Of a stretch of 64,000 nucleotides of DNA, positions 1-9,178 are shown piece by piece. Source of the DNA: Candidatus Nomurabacteria bacterium (GTDB lineage Bacteria; Patescibacteriota; Minisyncoccia; Phycocordibacterales; UBA9973); NCBI GenBank assembly GCA_016199805.1, contig JACQGC010000013.1, positions 66,327-130,326 of the forward strand, in the 5' to 3' direction. The position numbers and the translations under genes were made by a program. The notes under the pieces were generated by a model. The model worked only from the letters and a program-made list of their open reading frames with translations. It searched no databases and was not told the DNA's origin. Numbering within the stretch: the stretch's first letter is position 1; every line of letters starts with the position of its first letter.

Positions 1-2
1 AG

Positions 3-662
3 GTGGAAATCACCAATCCCGAAAATATCAAGCAAATAAAGGGTGTTTTGCGGATGAAAAAAGGCGATGTAATTAGCCTTTCGGATGGCAAAGGCACCAG
101 TGCAGAGGTTATTATTGATTCCATATTTTCCGATAAAATTGCGTGTATTGTTAATAAAAAACCCCACTCCGCTAAAGCTTCGCGGGGTGAGTATAGAAAG
201 GTAAGTCTTTACCTTTCTATACTCAAAAAAGAAAACTTTGAACTGGCAGTGCAGAAAGCGGTTGAATGCGGAGTATCAAATATCACACCCGTCATCACCG
301 AGCGCACTATAAAAACCGGATTGAATATAAAGCGTCTGGAAAAAATAATTCTGGAAGCGAGCGAACAGTGTGGCCAAAGCATGGTACCCACCCTCTCCCC
401 TATTTTAAAATTCCAAGACGCACTAGCTGATGGCGATAAATCAGATCAAAAAATAATCTTTCACCTAGGTGGTATCGACTTTCCCACATACGGAGGCAAC
501 GCCTCCGTATGTATCTTTATAGGCCCGGAAGGCGGTTTTACCGATAATGAAATTAACCTAGCAGAAAAATCCGGCTATAAAGTGGCCTCCCTCGGCCCGC
601 TCGTCCTCCGAGGCGAAACCGCAGCCATTGTGGCGACATATCGTGCCGTGCAGGCGATTTAG
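3..662 (+). CDS. rsmE: 16S rRNA (uracil1498-N3)-methyltransferase RsmE, 5'-partial (ORF begins outside the window)
   Basis: ORF 3..662. C-terminal motifs 'IFIGPEGGFTDNEI' and 'LGPLVLRGETAAI' are typical of the RsmE/SPOUT family. Confidence 0.7.
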   Translation: MEITNPENIKQIKGVLRMKKGDVISLSDGKGTSAEVIIDSIFSDKIACIVNKKPHSAKASRGEYRKVSLYLSILKKENFELAVQKAVECGVSNITPVITERTIKTGLNIKRLEKIILEASEQCGQSMVPTLSPILKFQDALADGDKSDQKIIFHLGGIDFPTYGGNASVCIFIGPEGGFTDNEINLAEKSGYKVASLGPLVLRGETAAIVATYRAVQAI

Positions 663-707
663 CGAAATCGTGCCGCGCAATCGTCCATTAAAGCGCGGCT
701 TATTGTA

Positions 708-1289
708 TTAATTCAAAGTTATTATTTTTTCGCCTAATCTATTTTTAAGTATGGCTTGATATTTTTCTAAATATACAATCTTTTCATTACCCACGGTATT
801 AAATAAAATTCGTGTAGAATAATCACAATCAACAAAATACTTTTGTAGTGGATTTAATTCCAAATCTCCGGTAATAATAAAGGGGTATTTAGAAACAAAA
901 TTAAAAATTGGAATATTTATTGTTTCAATGTTTTTCACAAAAATAATTCTATCCTTAACCAAAGAAGAGTTTGAAATTGCTTTAGTAAACAAGTCAGCAT
1001 CTCCGCTCTTAACAAATATTGTTTGAAACTTTGTGGCTTTCTCAAAATCGTTTTCAGATTCCAAATAAAAAACTGTTTCCGGATTTTCAATTTGTTTTAA
1101 AAATTCCTCTTTTGCCATGGGATATGCGGTAAACATAAGCAATTTTTTATCACCAACATGCAACATGGAAGCAATTACAATAGAAAGCAGAGACGCACCA
1201 GAGTGTTCTTTCCCATGTACCATCATTGGTAAATCTCCCTTTGTGAATTTTACCTCCTCTTTTGTTGAAATATTAATAATTTTCTTCAT
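708..1289 (-). CDS. hypothetical protein (193 aa), last gene of the ATPase/Cys-rich operon
   Basis: ORF only. No family recognised. 'VHGKEHSGAS' is only a weak P-loop-like stretch. Confidence 0.4.
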   Translation of the reverse strand: MKKIINISTKEEVKFTKGDLPMMVHGKEHSGASLLSIVIASMLHVGDKKLLMFTAYPMAKEEFLKQIENPETVFYLESENDFEKATKFQTIFVKSGDADLFTKAISNSSLVKDRIIFVKNIETINIPIFNFVSKYPFIITGDLELNPLQKYFVDCDYSTRILFNTVGNEKIVYLEKYQAILKNRLGEKIITLN

Positions 1290-1337
1290 AACTATTTACC
1301 ACACCATTTTTAGACGGCCGTCTAAAAATGGTGTCAT

Positions 1338-3122
1338 TTAATAAACCTCCTGCTGATAACATTTTTCGCAATAGACTATTTCTCCAGAATCTGGACTATA
1401 CCCTGTCTTAAACTCTTCCCCGCACAGGGAATCTTTGTGTATGTGAGCTACGGTATTTTTGTATACCCCAGTTTCGTCGGTGTTTCCAACACACATGCAA
1501 GATCTTTCATACAATTTTATTCCAAGGCGCAATTTTAACCTTTCTGCTGTACGGCAAACGGGACATAATATGGGCAAGGGTGTATTGGTTTTTTTATAAA
1601 AATTAAGTTCATTATTTGTAACTCTAAAAGCCTTAGTGCAACCCTGATTGCATTTTACTTTGTGTGCACATTCAAAGACTTCACCAGTTATTGAATCATT
1701 AACATTGTGAATACTGTCAGGGATATCACCTACTAAAACTGTCGGGACATAGTTTTTCGTGTCCACATCCCTCCATCTATATCCTTTTGTGGTTGCTTCC
1801 TCTTTTGTCATCGGAAAATATTCTTGAGCGATGGTTTCGTTGTAAGCCCACGGACTGAATTCTATGGGAAAAAATTCTCCATATTTATATATTCTTCCTT
1901 TCTTGTCTACGTATGGCATTTCGTTCATATGTTTTTTAATTTTTTCAACCATATCAAAATATTCTTCCTTGGCATATTGCTTATTTAAAATACAATACTG
2001 ACTCTTTCTGAGAGAGACACATCCAAATATATTTTCACAACTTCGGCAACACACTGTGTACTCGGCATTGTGCGTGTTTTCTTGAGTTTGAACAGAAAAT
2101 TTTATATTTTGAACATTGGCTCCGCTTATCATTACCTCATACAGTAATTCTGCTCCTTCGCCCCAGTTGGAATAATCATAACTATCTTTTGCGCTTGGGG
2201 TAGCTTGTAAATACTGACAATAGCGTAGATTTTCTCCTTCCCTTACCAAGAAAGAATCTCTTACATTTTTTGAGTGGGTAATATATGAACCAGTGGAATT
2301 TATATTTTTAACACCTTGAATATTTTTATTTGGAAATTTTTTCCAAAAACTTAAAGCTTTCTCCCAAGCTTTTTCAACTCCCCCTCTGGTGTAAAGTTTA
2401 TACTCTTTTAATTTCTTTTCGTAATCTTCCTTGGTGCATTGTTCATTAAAAAAACAATAATTTTTATTGCGTAAGTTAACGCAGCCAAAACAATTCATAC
2501 ACCCTTGGCAATCCTTACAGAACCAGAGATCGCTTGATTCCGAACATTGTGAAGAATAGAACACTTTATAACTTGAAGTAATCCAAAAACTTTGGTAGCA
2601 CATTTCTGCCTTATCACAATGAGACATATCTACACAATCTTTTGAGTTATCAATTCCGTTAGAATACATGGAGTCCTCAGTCCAGTTGGAATTGAATATA
2701 AGATAAGAATTCTTGGGGTCGGTGGCATTATTTACATAATCACTATTTACACCCTTAATGACATTATTGCATCGGAGTGGCACTTCTCGCCACAAATCAA
2801 GCAATTGTGGCAAAAATGGCCTGGACCAATCAATATCTTTTCCATAATCCATCGGATTCCACACATCAGAGAGCCAAATATCTCGGTCATATACTTTTAC
2901 GGGAGAATCTGGAGCATACATAGAGAAAATTTCTTTGCCGGAAAAATCGCATTTTCTTTTATAGAGCCCCCGCTCATTGCGGAAAGCCCAACGTCTTTGC
3001 GCACGACATAGCGGGCAAAACGTCGGCGGAGGAACTTTCATCTTTTCGTAAAAGTTAAAATCTTCTTGGTCTATTACAAAGTCTTGCTTGCAGTTTTGGC
3101 ATGTTTTAGTTTCTTGGTTCAT
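1338..3122 (-). CDS. cysteine-rich repeat protein, paralog A (594 aa; terminal Zn-ribbon-like CxxC pairs at both ends)
   Basis: About 60 Cys residues. Repeated C-x-[DN]-C-x2-C-F-x-C-x2-L-R-N-K-x-Y-C-x2-N-x-Q-Y-x-K-E-E-Y modules. N- and C-terminal 'FYEK..P.P..CP.CR' motifs. Clear paralog of 9179..10837. Confidence 0.6.
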   Translation of the reverse strand: MNQETKTCQNCKQDFVIDQEDFNFYEKMKVPPPTFCPLCRAQRRWAFRNERGLYKRKCDFSGKEIFSMYAPDSPVKVYDRDIWLSDVWNPMDYGKDIDWSRPFLPQLLDLWREVPLRCNNVIKGVNSDYVNNATDPKNSYLIFNSNWTEDSMYSNGIDNSKDCVDMSHCDKAEMCYQSFWITSSYKVFYSSQCSESSDLWFCKDCQGCMNCFGCVNLRNKNYCFFNEQCTKEDYEKKLKEYKLYTRGGVEKAWEKALSFWKKFPNKNIQGVKNINSTGSYITHSKNVRDSFLVREGENLRYCQYLQATPSAKDSYDYSNWGEGAELLYEVMISGANVQNIKFSVQTQENTHNAEYTVCCRSCENIFGCVSLRKSQYCILNKQYAKEEYFDMVEKIKKHMNEMPYVDKKGRIYKYGEFFPIEFSPWAYNETIAQEYFPMTKEEATTKGYRWRDVDTKNYVPTVLVGDIPDSIHNVNDSITGEVFECAHKVKCNQGCTKAFRVTNNELNFYKKTNTPLPILCPVCRTAERLKLRLGIKLYERSCMCVGNTDETGVYKNTVAHIHKDSLCGEEFKTGYSPDSGEIVYCEKCYQQEVY

Positions 3123-3129
3123 CGTGAGG

Positions 3130-5316
3130 TCATTCTAAAATTTTAAGCAAAACATCTTCCGGCACTTCATTGGTGGGCTTCAGGGGCACTGGAGCTGGAG
3201 TAGGAATTGTTTCCTCCCCTCCTTTGGACCCAGTAGGTGATTTTGCTAAATCAGGATTGCTGCCAGCAGGCGGGGTGGTGATTTCTTTTTCTGGGGTGGT
3301 AATTTTTTCCGGTACAGAAATTTTTGTGGAAATCAAATCCTTTAATTTATTCATGTCTTCGGCGCTGGCAGCGCGGTCGCCTCGGGTAAATTGGTTTGCA
3401 GGTTTTGACGAAGCAACTTCTTTAATTTTATCTTTCAAGGAATCCAGCGAAATAGGGGCCGGAATAGGCGTCGGTACGGGTGCTGGTTTCTGAAGTGGCT
3501 CAATAATTTTCGCTTTTGGTTCAGCCATAACTTTATTCAAAACTTCTTTTAGAGCGGGATTTTCTTTTGGTTTTATCTGGGGTTTAATTGCCAAGCTCGG
3601 CGTAAAAGCTTTTTTAATAGTACCTATTATTCCGGGCTTGGGCGCCAAATTCACGAGTTTTGGCATTGTAACTACCGGTCTTACCGTCACAGGCGGTTTA
3701 CCTGTGTGGTCTTCTCTTTCATGATATCTTTCACCTTCTTCAACGCGACTTCTGTCTTTTTGCTCAAATTCAATACCTAGGTCTGCCAATGGCTTGTAAA
3801 ATTTCGTCTCATCGTACTTGATTTGGTCTTGACCCCTTTTTTCCACTTTCACTTCTCCGGATTTTATTTTAGCAATACAATCTTTGCAGTAAACCGGGCG
3901 TCCGGGCTCTGGTTTGAAAGGTACCGTCTTCTCCAAGCCACACAGAGAACACAGGATTTTAAACTTCTCCAAATTTCCACTGCTTATATCGCTGTCGTTG
4001 CCGAGAGACATTCCGCTCCAATTATTTATTTCTCTTTCGACTTCTTCCTTCGTTTTACAATAAAGCTTGCGCGAGGACTGTATCACTTCTTCTTCCACTT
4101 TTTTATCACCGGACTTTACCATCGGCGGCAAGGTCTTGGCTGAAAATGGGCGTGAGGTCACTCCGTCTATCATCAATTTCAAATAAACTTTGTAGTTCGG
4201 CAGATTCACGATGTCTCCTGGCGTAAACTCCGGGTCGAATTCGCTTTCCAAAAAGTCCGCGTCGTCGGAACCTACTCGGAAGACTATCATCGTGCCCACG
4301 TTGCCGAAAACCGCATCGCGCACCGCGGAGCTCTTGTCCATCACCAGCTGAGCCGTATACTGGTGCGCCACTGTGAGATTTAAGCGGTATTTTCGGGCCT
4401 CGGACAATATGCCGGCGAAAGCATCCGTCACGAAGTTTTGGAATTCATCCACATATAAATAAAAGTCTTTGCGGTGTTCCTCGGGTATGCGCACGCGTTC
4501 CATGGCGGCCAGCTGAATCTTGGTGATAATCATTCCGCCGAGTAAACTGGAATTGTCTTCACCGATACGCCCCTTGGAAACGTTGACCAAGAAAATCTTA
4601 CCGTCGTTCATGACGTCAAAAATATTGATGGTACTTACAGATTGGCCGACGACATTGCGAATGATACTGGTGGAAAGAAACTGCCCGACTTTGTTTTGAA
4701 TAGGCGCGATGGCTTCGTTTCGGAATTTATCCTGCCAAGCCTCGTATTCGTGCACCCAAAAAGCTTTGATGACCGGGTCTTTCAAATTACCGATTATTTT
4801 CTGGCGATAATCTTTGTCCACCAATAATCTCGGAATACCCAAAAGCGTCGTACCGGGAGTGTCGAGCAGAGCCAAAATACAATTGTTTAAAATATATTCC
4901 ATTCGGGCGCTCCAGGCATTGGCCCAAATCTTGGTGAAAATACCCATCAGCCCCGAGGCTACCAGGTGTTTGTATTGCGAGTCTACCAATTCGAGGACGT
5001 TGAAACCGACATGATACTCCGCATCGGCCGGGTTGAAATAAACCACGTCTTTGATGCGGTGCGGCGGTATGGCAGAGAGCACCCCTTCTACCAGCTCGCC
5101 GTGCGGGTCTACCACGCACACACCTTCGCCGTTTTGGATGTTCTGAATAATCATGTTGAACATCAGCACGGATTTACCGGTACCGGACTTTCCGAGGATG
5201 TAAACATGCTGGCGCCTGTCTTTGCGCTTGATGCCAAAAAGCTGATTGCGGTCGCGAAAAGTCGTCAAACCCAGGTAGGTAATGTCTTTATTTATAGGTA
5301 TTTCCGGGAGTTCCAT
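3130..5316 (-). CDS. TraD/VirD4/FtsK-HerA-superfamily P-loop ATPase (soluble, no N-terminal TM); C-terminal Zn-ribbon and Pro/Lys-rich low-complexity tail
   Basis: Walker A 'YILGKSGTGKS' followed by 'VVDPHGE'; Walker B 'LYVDEFQNF'; 'VAHQYTAQL' matches the coupling-protein Q..QL motif. 'CSLCG...PFKPEPGRPVYCKDC' forms a CxxC...CxxC ribbon. The last ~250 aa are P/K/E/T-rich. Confidence 0.6.
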   Translation of the reverse strand: MELPEIPINKDITYLGLTTFRDRNQLFGIKRKDRRQHVYILGKSGTGKSVLMFNMIIQNIQNGEGVCVVDPHGELVEGVLSAIPPHRIKDVVYFNPADAEYHVGFNVLELVDSQYKHLVASGLMGIFTKIWANAWSARMEYILNNCILALLDTPGTTLLGIPRLLVDKDYRQKIIGNLKDPVIKAFWVHEYEAWQDKFRNEAIAPIQNKVGQFLSTSIIRNVVGQSVSTINIFDVMNDGKIFLVNVSKGRIGEDNSSLLGGMIITKIQLAAMERVRIPEEHRKDFYLYVDEFQNFVTDAFAGILSEARKYRLNLTVAHQYTAQLVMDKSSAVRDAVFGNVGTMIVFRVGSDDADFLESEFDPEFTPGDIVNLPNYKVYLKLMIDGVTSRPFSAKTLPPMVKSGDKKVEEEVIQSSRKLYCKTKEEVEREINNWSGMSLGNDSDISSGNLEKFKILCSLCGLEKTVPFKPEPGRPVYCKDCIAKIKSGEVKVEKRGQDQIKYDETKFYKPLADLGIEFEQKDRSRVEEGERYHEREDHTGKPPVTVRPVVTMPKLVNLAPKPGIIGTIKKAFTPSLAIKPQIKPKENPALKEVLNKVMAEPKAKIIEPLQKPAPVPTPIPAPISLDSLKDKIKEVASSKPANQFTRGDRAASAEDMNKLKDLISTKISVPEKITTPEKEITTPPAGSNPDLAKSPTGSKGGEETIPTPAPVPLKPTNEVPEDVLLKILE

Positions 5317-5355
5317 ATGTTAAAGTATACCTCCAACTGAGTTTTTTTCAAAACA

Positions 5356-5916
5356 TTATTCCTCGGGTTCGGTGCCTTCTCTTATCAACCTATTCTGCCT
5401 ATCTCTCAGCGCTTTCCAAGCTGCCAGTCTTTCTGCTTTTTGTTTTTCTTTTCTATCTTTCGCTCTTTTTTCCGCTGCCATTTTTTGCAATTCTTTTTCT
5501 TTCAAATCCTCGTTGCCGCCTTCCATTATTTCTTTTCTCGTTAGTCTTTTATATTCTGGTTTTCGTGCCAATGGAATGTTGCTTGATTCCGGAGCATCGA
5601 CCAAAGTATCTTTTATCTCGGTTGGGATAGTAGGTAAAATATCTGGGTCAGTTTTTAAATAATCCAATGCACGCATAATTCCTCCTTGAATTGACAAACT
5701 GGGAGAATTTTTGCCACTCAACCAACCCTCAACTACACTTTGAACTGTTCCGCCTGTGTCATTTTCTATAAAGCTCATTACGGCTTTTTCTCCATGTCTT
5801 TCCACAAGAGAATCAAGTTTGTTTTTATATGCAACTATCTCTGGATTCAAAGGACGCGGTTCTTCTTTCCTGCCTTTCCTTTGCGGTATTCCACCAAAAT
5901 CTCCTTTTTCGTTCAT
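5356..5916 (-). CDS. hypothetical K/E-rich protein (186 aa), tandem paralog 1
   Basis: Shares 'GGIP', 'NDTGGTVQSVVEGWL' and 'RKEIMEGGNEDLKEKE' blocks with the adjacent ORF 5925..6425. C-terminal Lys/Glu/Arg-rich predicted helix. Confidence 0.5.
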   Translation of the reverse strand: MNEKGDFGGIPQRKGRKEEPRPLNPEIVAYKNKLDSLVERHGEKAVMSFIENDTGGTVQSVVEGWLSGKNSPSLSIQGGIMRALDYLKTDPDILPTIPTEIKDTLVDAPESSNIPLARKPEYKRLTRKEIMEGGNEDLKEKELQKMAAEKRAKDRKEKQKAERLAAWKALRDRQNRLIREGTEPEE

Positions 5917-5924
5917 AAATATAT

Positions 5925-6425
5925 TTAACTTTTATTTTGCTCTATTAAAGTTTTTAACTTTTCTGTTATTTTTTGTCTTGCCCTCGCTATGTCTTTTTCT
6001 GTTTTCATTCTTAATTTTTCCCGTTCAATAGTTTTTTTTGTTATCTTTTTTAACTCTTCATCGTCTCCTTCCATTATAGCCTGCCACCTATGTTCTCTTG
6101 TCAGTAATTTTGGTTTTGGTTTAAACGGTAAAACACTTTTTATATTTGGCCGAAAATTTTCCAGGACAGAAATAACATCTCTGCAAATTCCCGGACTTGG
6201 AGTATGTTCGTTATTTAACCACCTTTCAACCACTATTGGGAGTACACCTCCTATAGTATTATTTTTTATGTATTTTATTATAAAGTCTCTGCTGTGTTTT
6301 TCTAAAAGAGAATTAAATAAACCCAAAAATTTAACCGTTTCTGGATCTGTCCGACGTTCTTGTTTAAAACTACTTCTTGGTGGTGGTATTTTAGGTATTC
6401 CTCCAATTTGTTGTCCTGGATGCAT
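5925..6425 (-). CDS. hypothetical K/E-rich protein (166 aa), tandem paralog 2
   Basis: Paralogous to 5356..5916 ('NNTIGGVLPIVVERWL', 'REHRWQAIMEGDDEELKK'). First gene after the dnaK terminator. Confidence 0.5.
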   Translation of the reverse strand: MHPGQQIGGIPKIPPPRSSFKQERRTDPETVKFLGLFNSLLEKHSRDFIIKYIKNNTIGGVLPIVVERWLNNEHTPSPGICRDVISVLENFRPNIKSVLPFKPKPKLLTREHRWQAIMEGDDEELKKITKKTIEREKLRMKTEKDIARARQKITEKLKTLIEQNKS

Positions 6426-6452
6426 GTATTTATTATACCAAAAACTCTAAGA

Positions 6453-6482
6453 ACAAAAAAGCCCCAACTGGGGCTTTTTTGA
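6453..6482 (-). terminator. rho-independent terminator hairpin after dnaK (A-tract / GC stem / T-tract; bidirectional in form)
   Basis: 'aaaaaagccccaactggggcttttttg' lies 9 nt downstream of the dnaK stop. Confidence 0.6.
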
Positions 6483-6490
6483 TTTAATAA

Positions 6491-8404
6491 TTATGCTTTT
6501 GGTGCTTCGCCTTCCGGTGGTTTTTCTTTGAATTCTGCGTCTTTGGCATCCACGTGCTCTGCTTCTGATGCTCCGGCTGGGGCTTCTGTGCCGCCTGCTG
6601 GTGCACTTTTCGCCATCGCCTCGCCTATCTTGGACATTTCAGCAGACAGTTCTTCGGTGGCTTTCTTTATGGCTTCGCCGTCGGTACCATCTTTTACTCC
6701 TCGCACAGCTGTGATTTTTGCATTTACACTATCTTTCAGCTCGGCAGGAATTTTGGCTTCATTGTCTTTCAGCGCTTTTTCTGCGGTATAAATAATCATC
6801 TCCGCGGTGTTCTTTATATCCACAACTTCTTTTTTCTTTTTATCTTCTTCAGCATGTAGTTCCGCATCAGCCTGCATTTTCTTGATGTCTTCGTCTTTCA
6901 GGCCGGAGCTCGCTTCTATCTTTATCGATTGAGTCTTGCCGGAAGCTTTGTCTTTGGCGGCGACATTTAAAATACCATTTACATCCACATCAAAAGAAAC
7001 TTCGATTTGCGGCATACCGCGAGGTGCCGGCGGCACTCCGTCTAAAATGAATCGTCCGAGAGATTTATTGTCGGAAGCCATGGGCCTCTCCCCTTGCACG
7101 ATATGTATTTCCACAGAAGTTTGATTGTCGGCAGCCGTAGAAAATACTTGAGACTTACTGGATGGAATAGTGGTATTTCTTTCAATAAGTTTTGTCGCCA
7201 CGCCACCTAATGTTTCGATGCCCAAGGAAAGTGGAATAACATCTAGAAGCAAAACATCTCGCACGTCTCCTTGCAATACGCCAGCTTGAACCGCGGCGCC
7301 GAGAGCTACGACTTCATCCGGGTTGATAGTCAGATTTGGAGTCTTGCCAAAAACTTTTTTCACTTCTTCCACAATTTTAGGCATTCTCGTCTGCCCACCC
7401 ACCATGACTATTTCGTTTATGTCTTCAATCTTGATGCCGGAAGCCGCTAAGGCACGCTTGGTGATGTCTATGGAGCGGGACACATATTCGTCAGCTAGGG
7501 ATTCCAGTTGAGCACGGGTCATTTTGAGGAGCAAGTGTTGGGGACCCTGTGCCGTAGAGGTTATAAACGGAATATTGATTTCACTTTCCACAGCTGTAGA
7601 AAGTTCTATTTTTGCTTTTTCTGCCGCTTCATCCAGACGTTGCAAGGCCAACTTGTCTCCCCGCACATCTACACCAGAAGTCTTTTTGAATTCTTCGGCA
7701 ATCCAATTTATTATTTTGAAATCTATATCGCGGCCGCCCAAGTGACTGTCACCATCGGTGGACTTTACCTCTATGACATCGTCTCCAATTTCGAGCACGG
7801 AAACATCAAAAGTTCCGCCTCCGAAATCGTAGACAACTATCTTTTCGTTTTTCTTTTTGTTAAAACCATATGCGAGCGCCGCGGCCGTCGGCTCGTTGAT
7901 TATTCTTTTTACATCCAATCCGGCGATTTGTCCTGCGTCTTTGGTGGCCTTTCTCTGGGCATCATTAAAATATGCCGGAACGGTGATGATGGCTTCGGTG
8001 ATTTTTTCTCCGAGCTTGGTTTCCACGTCGGTTTTTATCTTGGATAAAATCATGGCCGAAATTTCTTCCGGGCGCATCCATTTGTCACCTATCATTATTT
8101 CCACTCCGCCATTTGCCCCTTTTTGTATTTTAAATGAGGAATTTTTTAAATCTTTTTGAACTTCCGGGTCGTCAAAATTGTGACCCATAAAACGCTTGAT
8201 ACCGTAGACAGTATTTTCCGGATTGGTCACTGCCTGCCTTTTGGCCAGCAAGCCGACGATTCTGTCGCCATTTTTAGCCACAGCTACGACAGATGGCGTA
8301 GTGCGGTTTCCCTCCACATTTTCAATAATTTTCGGCACACCGCCTTCAATGACAGCCACTGCCGAATTTGTTGTACCCAAATCTATACCTATTATTTTTG
8401 ACAT
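6491..8404 (-). CDS. dnaK: molecular chaperone DnaK (Hsp70)
   Basis: '[15 protein letters not shown]', '[10 protein letters not shown]', '[15 protein letters not shown]'; full-length 637 aa. Confidence 0.97.
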   Translation of the reverse strand: MSKIIGIDLGTTNSAVAVIEGGVPKIIENVEGNRTTPSVVAVAKNGDRIVGLLAKRQAVTNPENTVYGIKRFMGHNFDDPEVQKDLKNSSFKIQKGANGGVEIMIGDKWMRPEEISAMILSKIKTDVETKLGEKITEAIITVPAYFNDAQRKATKDAGQIAGLDVKRIINEPTAAALAYGFNKKKNEKIVVYDFGGGTFDVSVLEIGDDVIEVKSTDGDSHLGGRDIDFKIINWIAEEFKKTSGVDVRGDKLALQRLDEAAEKAKIELSTAVESEINIPFITSTAQGPQHLLLKMTRAQLESLADEYVSRSIDITKRALAASGIKIEDINEIVMVGGQTRMPKIVEEVKKVFGKTPNLTINPDEVVALGAAVQAGVLQGDVRDVLLLDVIPLSLGIETLGGVATKLIERNTTIPSSKSQVFSTAADNQTSVEIHIVQGERPMASDNKSLGRFILDGVPPAPRGMPQIEVSFDVDVNGILNVAAKDKASGKTQSIKIEASSGLKDEDIKKMQADAELHAEEDKKKKEVVDIKNTAEMIIYTAEKALKDNEAKIPAELKDSVNAKITAVRGVKDGTDGEAIKKATEELSAEMSKIGEAMAKSAPAGGTEAPAGASEAEHVDAKDAEFKEKPPEGEAPKA

Positions 8405-8516
8405 AATTAATTTTACTTATTTAGGCTTATAATCCCGACGTTTCAGTCGGGACCCGACCATAAAGCGTCGGATTTTACTAATGTTTCGCGACCACTGAAA
8501 ACTTGTATAAAGAGAG

Positions 8517-8544
8517 TATATATGATAAGTTGTAGGTATGTCAA
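8517..8544 (-). promoter_or_regulatory. near-consensus sigma70-type promoter for dnaK (TTGACA-16 nt-TATATA on the minus strand)
   Basis: Reverse complement of 8517-8544 reads 'TTGACAtacctacaacttatcaTATATA'. It lies ~105 nt upstream of the dnaK ATG and directly abuts the inverted-repeat element. Confidence 0.5.
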
Positions 8545-8615
8545 GCCCGAACACTTACTTTCAAGACGCGCCATAGGCGCATTGTACTCAATATCTTAAA
8601 AGTAAGTGTGCGGGC
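8545..8615 (+). repeat. 71-bp inverted-repeat/hairpin element, copy A (17-bp arms, 36-nt conserved loop)
   Basis: Arms 'gcccgaacacttacttt' / 'aaagtaagtgtgcgggc' pair at 16 of 17 positions. Loop 'gcgccataggcgcattgtactcaatatc'. The element ends 11 nt before the ATG of the regulator gene and is a homolog of 17236..17306. Confidence 0.7.
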
Positions 8616-8626
8616 AAGCAAAATTT

Positions 8627-9178
8627 ATGAACAATTCTTACACAAAGAAAATATTGGAGATATTGGGGAAGAAGCCAGCTGTTTCGGTGGAAGAAATACA
8701 GGAACAAATCATTTCACCCCACCTTAGTCCTCCCCTTCGCAGGGGAGGAGAAACTCGATCAAAATACGCTATCACTCGCTGCCTGAAAAATCTTAGCGAC
8801 GAAGGGCTGATAGAGCAGATTTCTTCTCCGCAAAATAAATACGCGCGTCTGACAAATGAGGGACGAAAAAAAATGCACAGTTTGGAATTGGATAACGATA
8901 CTGGCATAGTAAATACTTCTTGGGATGGACTTTGGAGAATTATTTTACTCGACCTGCCAGAGAACAGAAAAAACGAAAGAGAAAGCCTGCGTTACCTGCT
9001 TAAAAAAGCCGGTTTCGTCTGCCTGAAAAATTCCGCCTGGATATCCCCTTTCCCTTTTGAACATTTATTTATGAATATAAAAAAAGATTTAAATCTCACC
9101 ACCGAGATGATGATAATAGTCACCGAAAACATTGACCCGGAAAGTAAAAAAGTTTTGTTTGAGAATTTTGGGAAATAA
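8627..9178 (+). CDS. PaaX-like winged-helix transcriptional regulator (short form)
   Basis: N-terminal wHTH-like 'YAITRCLKNLSDEGLIEQ'. C-terminal 'WDGLWRIILLDLPENRKNERESLRYLLKKAGFVCLKNSAWISPFP' resembles PaaX_C. The ATG at 8627 is preferred over the in-stem GTG at 8606. Confidence 0.45.
   Translation: MNNSYTKKILEILGKKPAVSVEEIQEQIISPHLSPPLRRGGETRSKYAITRCLKNLSDEGLIEQISSPQNKYARLTNEGRKKMHSLELDNDTGIVNTSWDGLWRIILLDLPENRKNERESLRYLLKKAGFVCLKNSAWISPFPFEHLFMNIKKDLNLTTEMMIIVTENIDPESKKVLFENFGK

Noticed and set aside
4787-5119. Antisense ORFs inside long genes, for example 4787..5119(-), 4966..5340(+), 48479..49318(+) and 39108..39761(-)
   Set aside because: They lie fully within well-supported genes on the opposite strand (ATPase, gyrA, infB). 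They have no family signal or start context and are typical shadow ORFs of an AT-rich genome.
8405-8544. Search for a CIRCE/HrcA operator (TTAGCACTC-N9-GAGTGCTAA) upstream of dnaK and grpE
   Set aside because: No match was seen. Only a short cccgac/gtcggg hairpin and the 71-bp inverted-repeat element are present.
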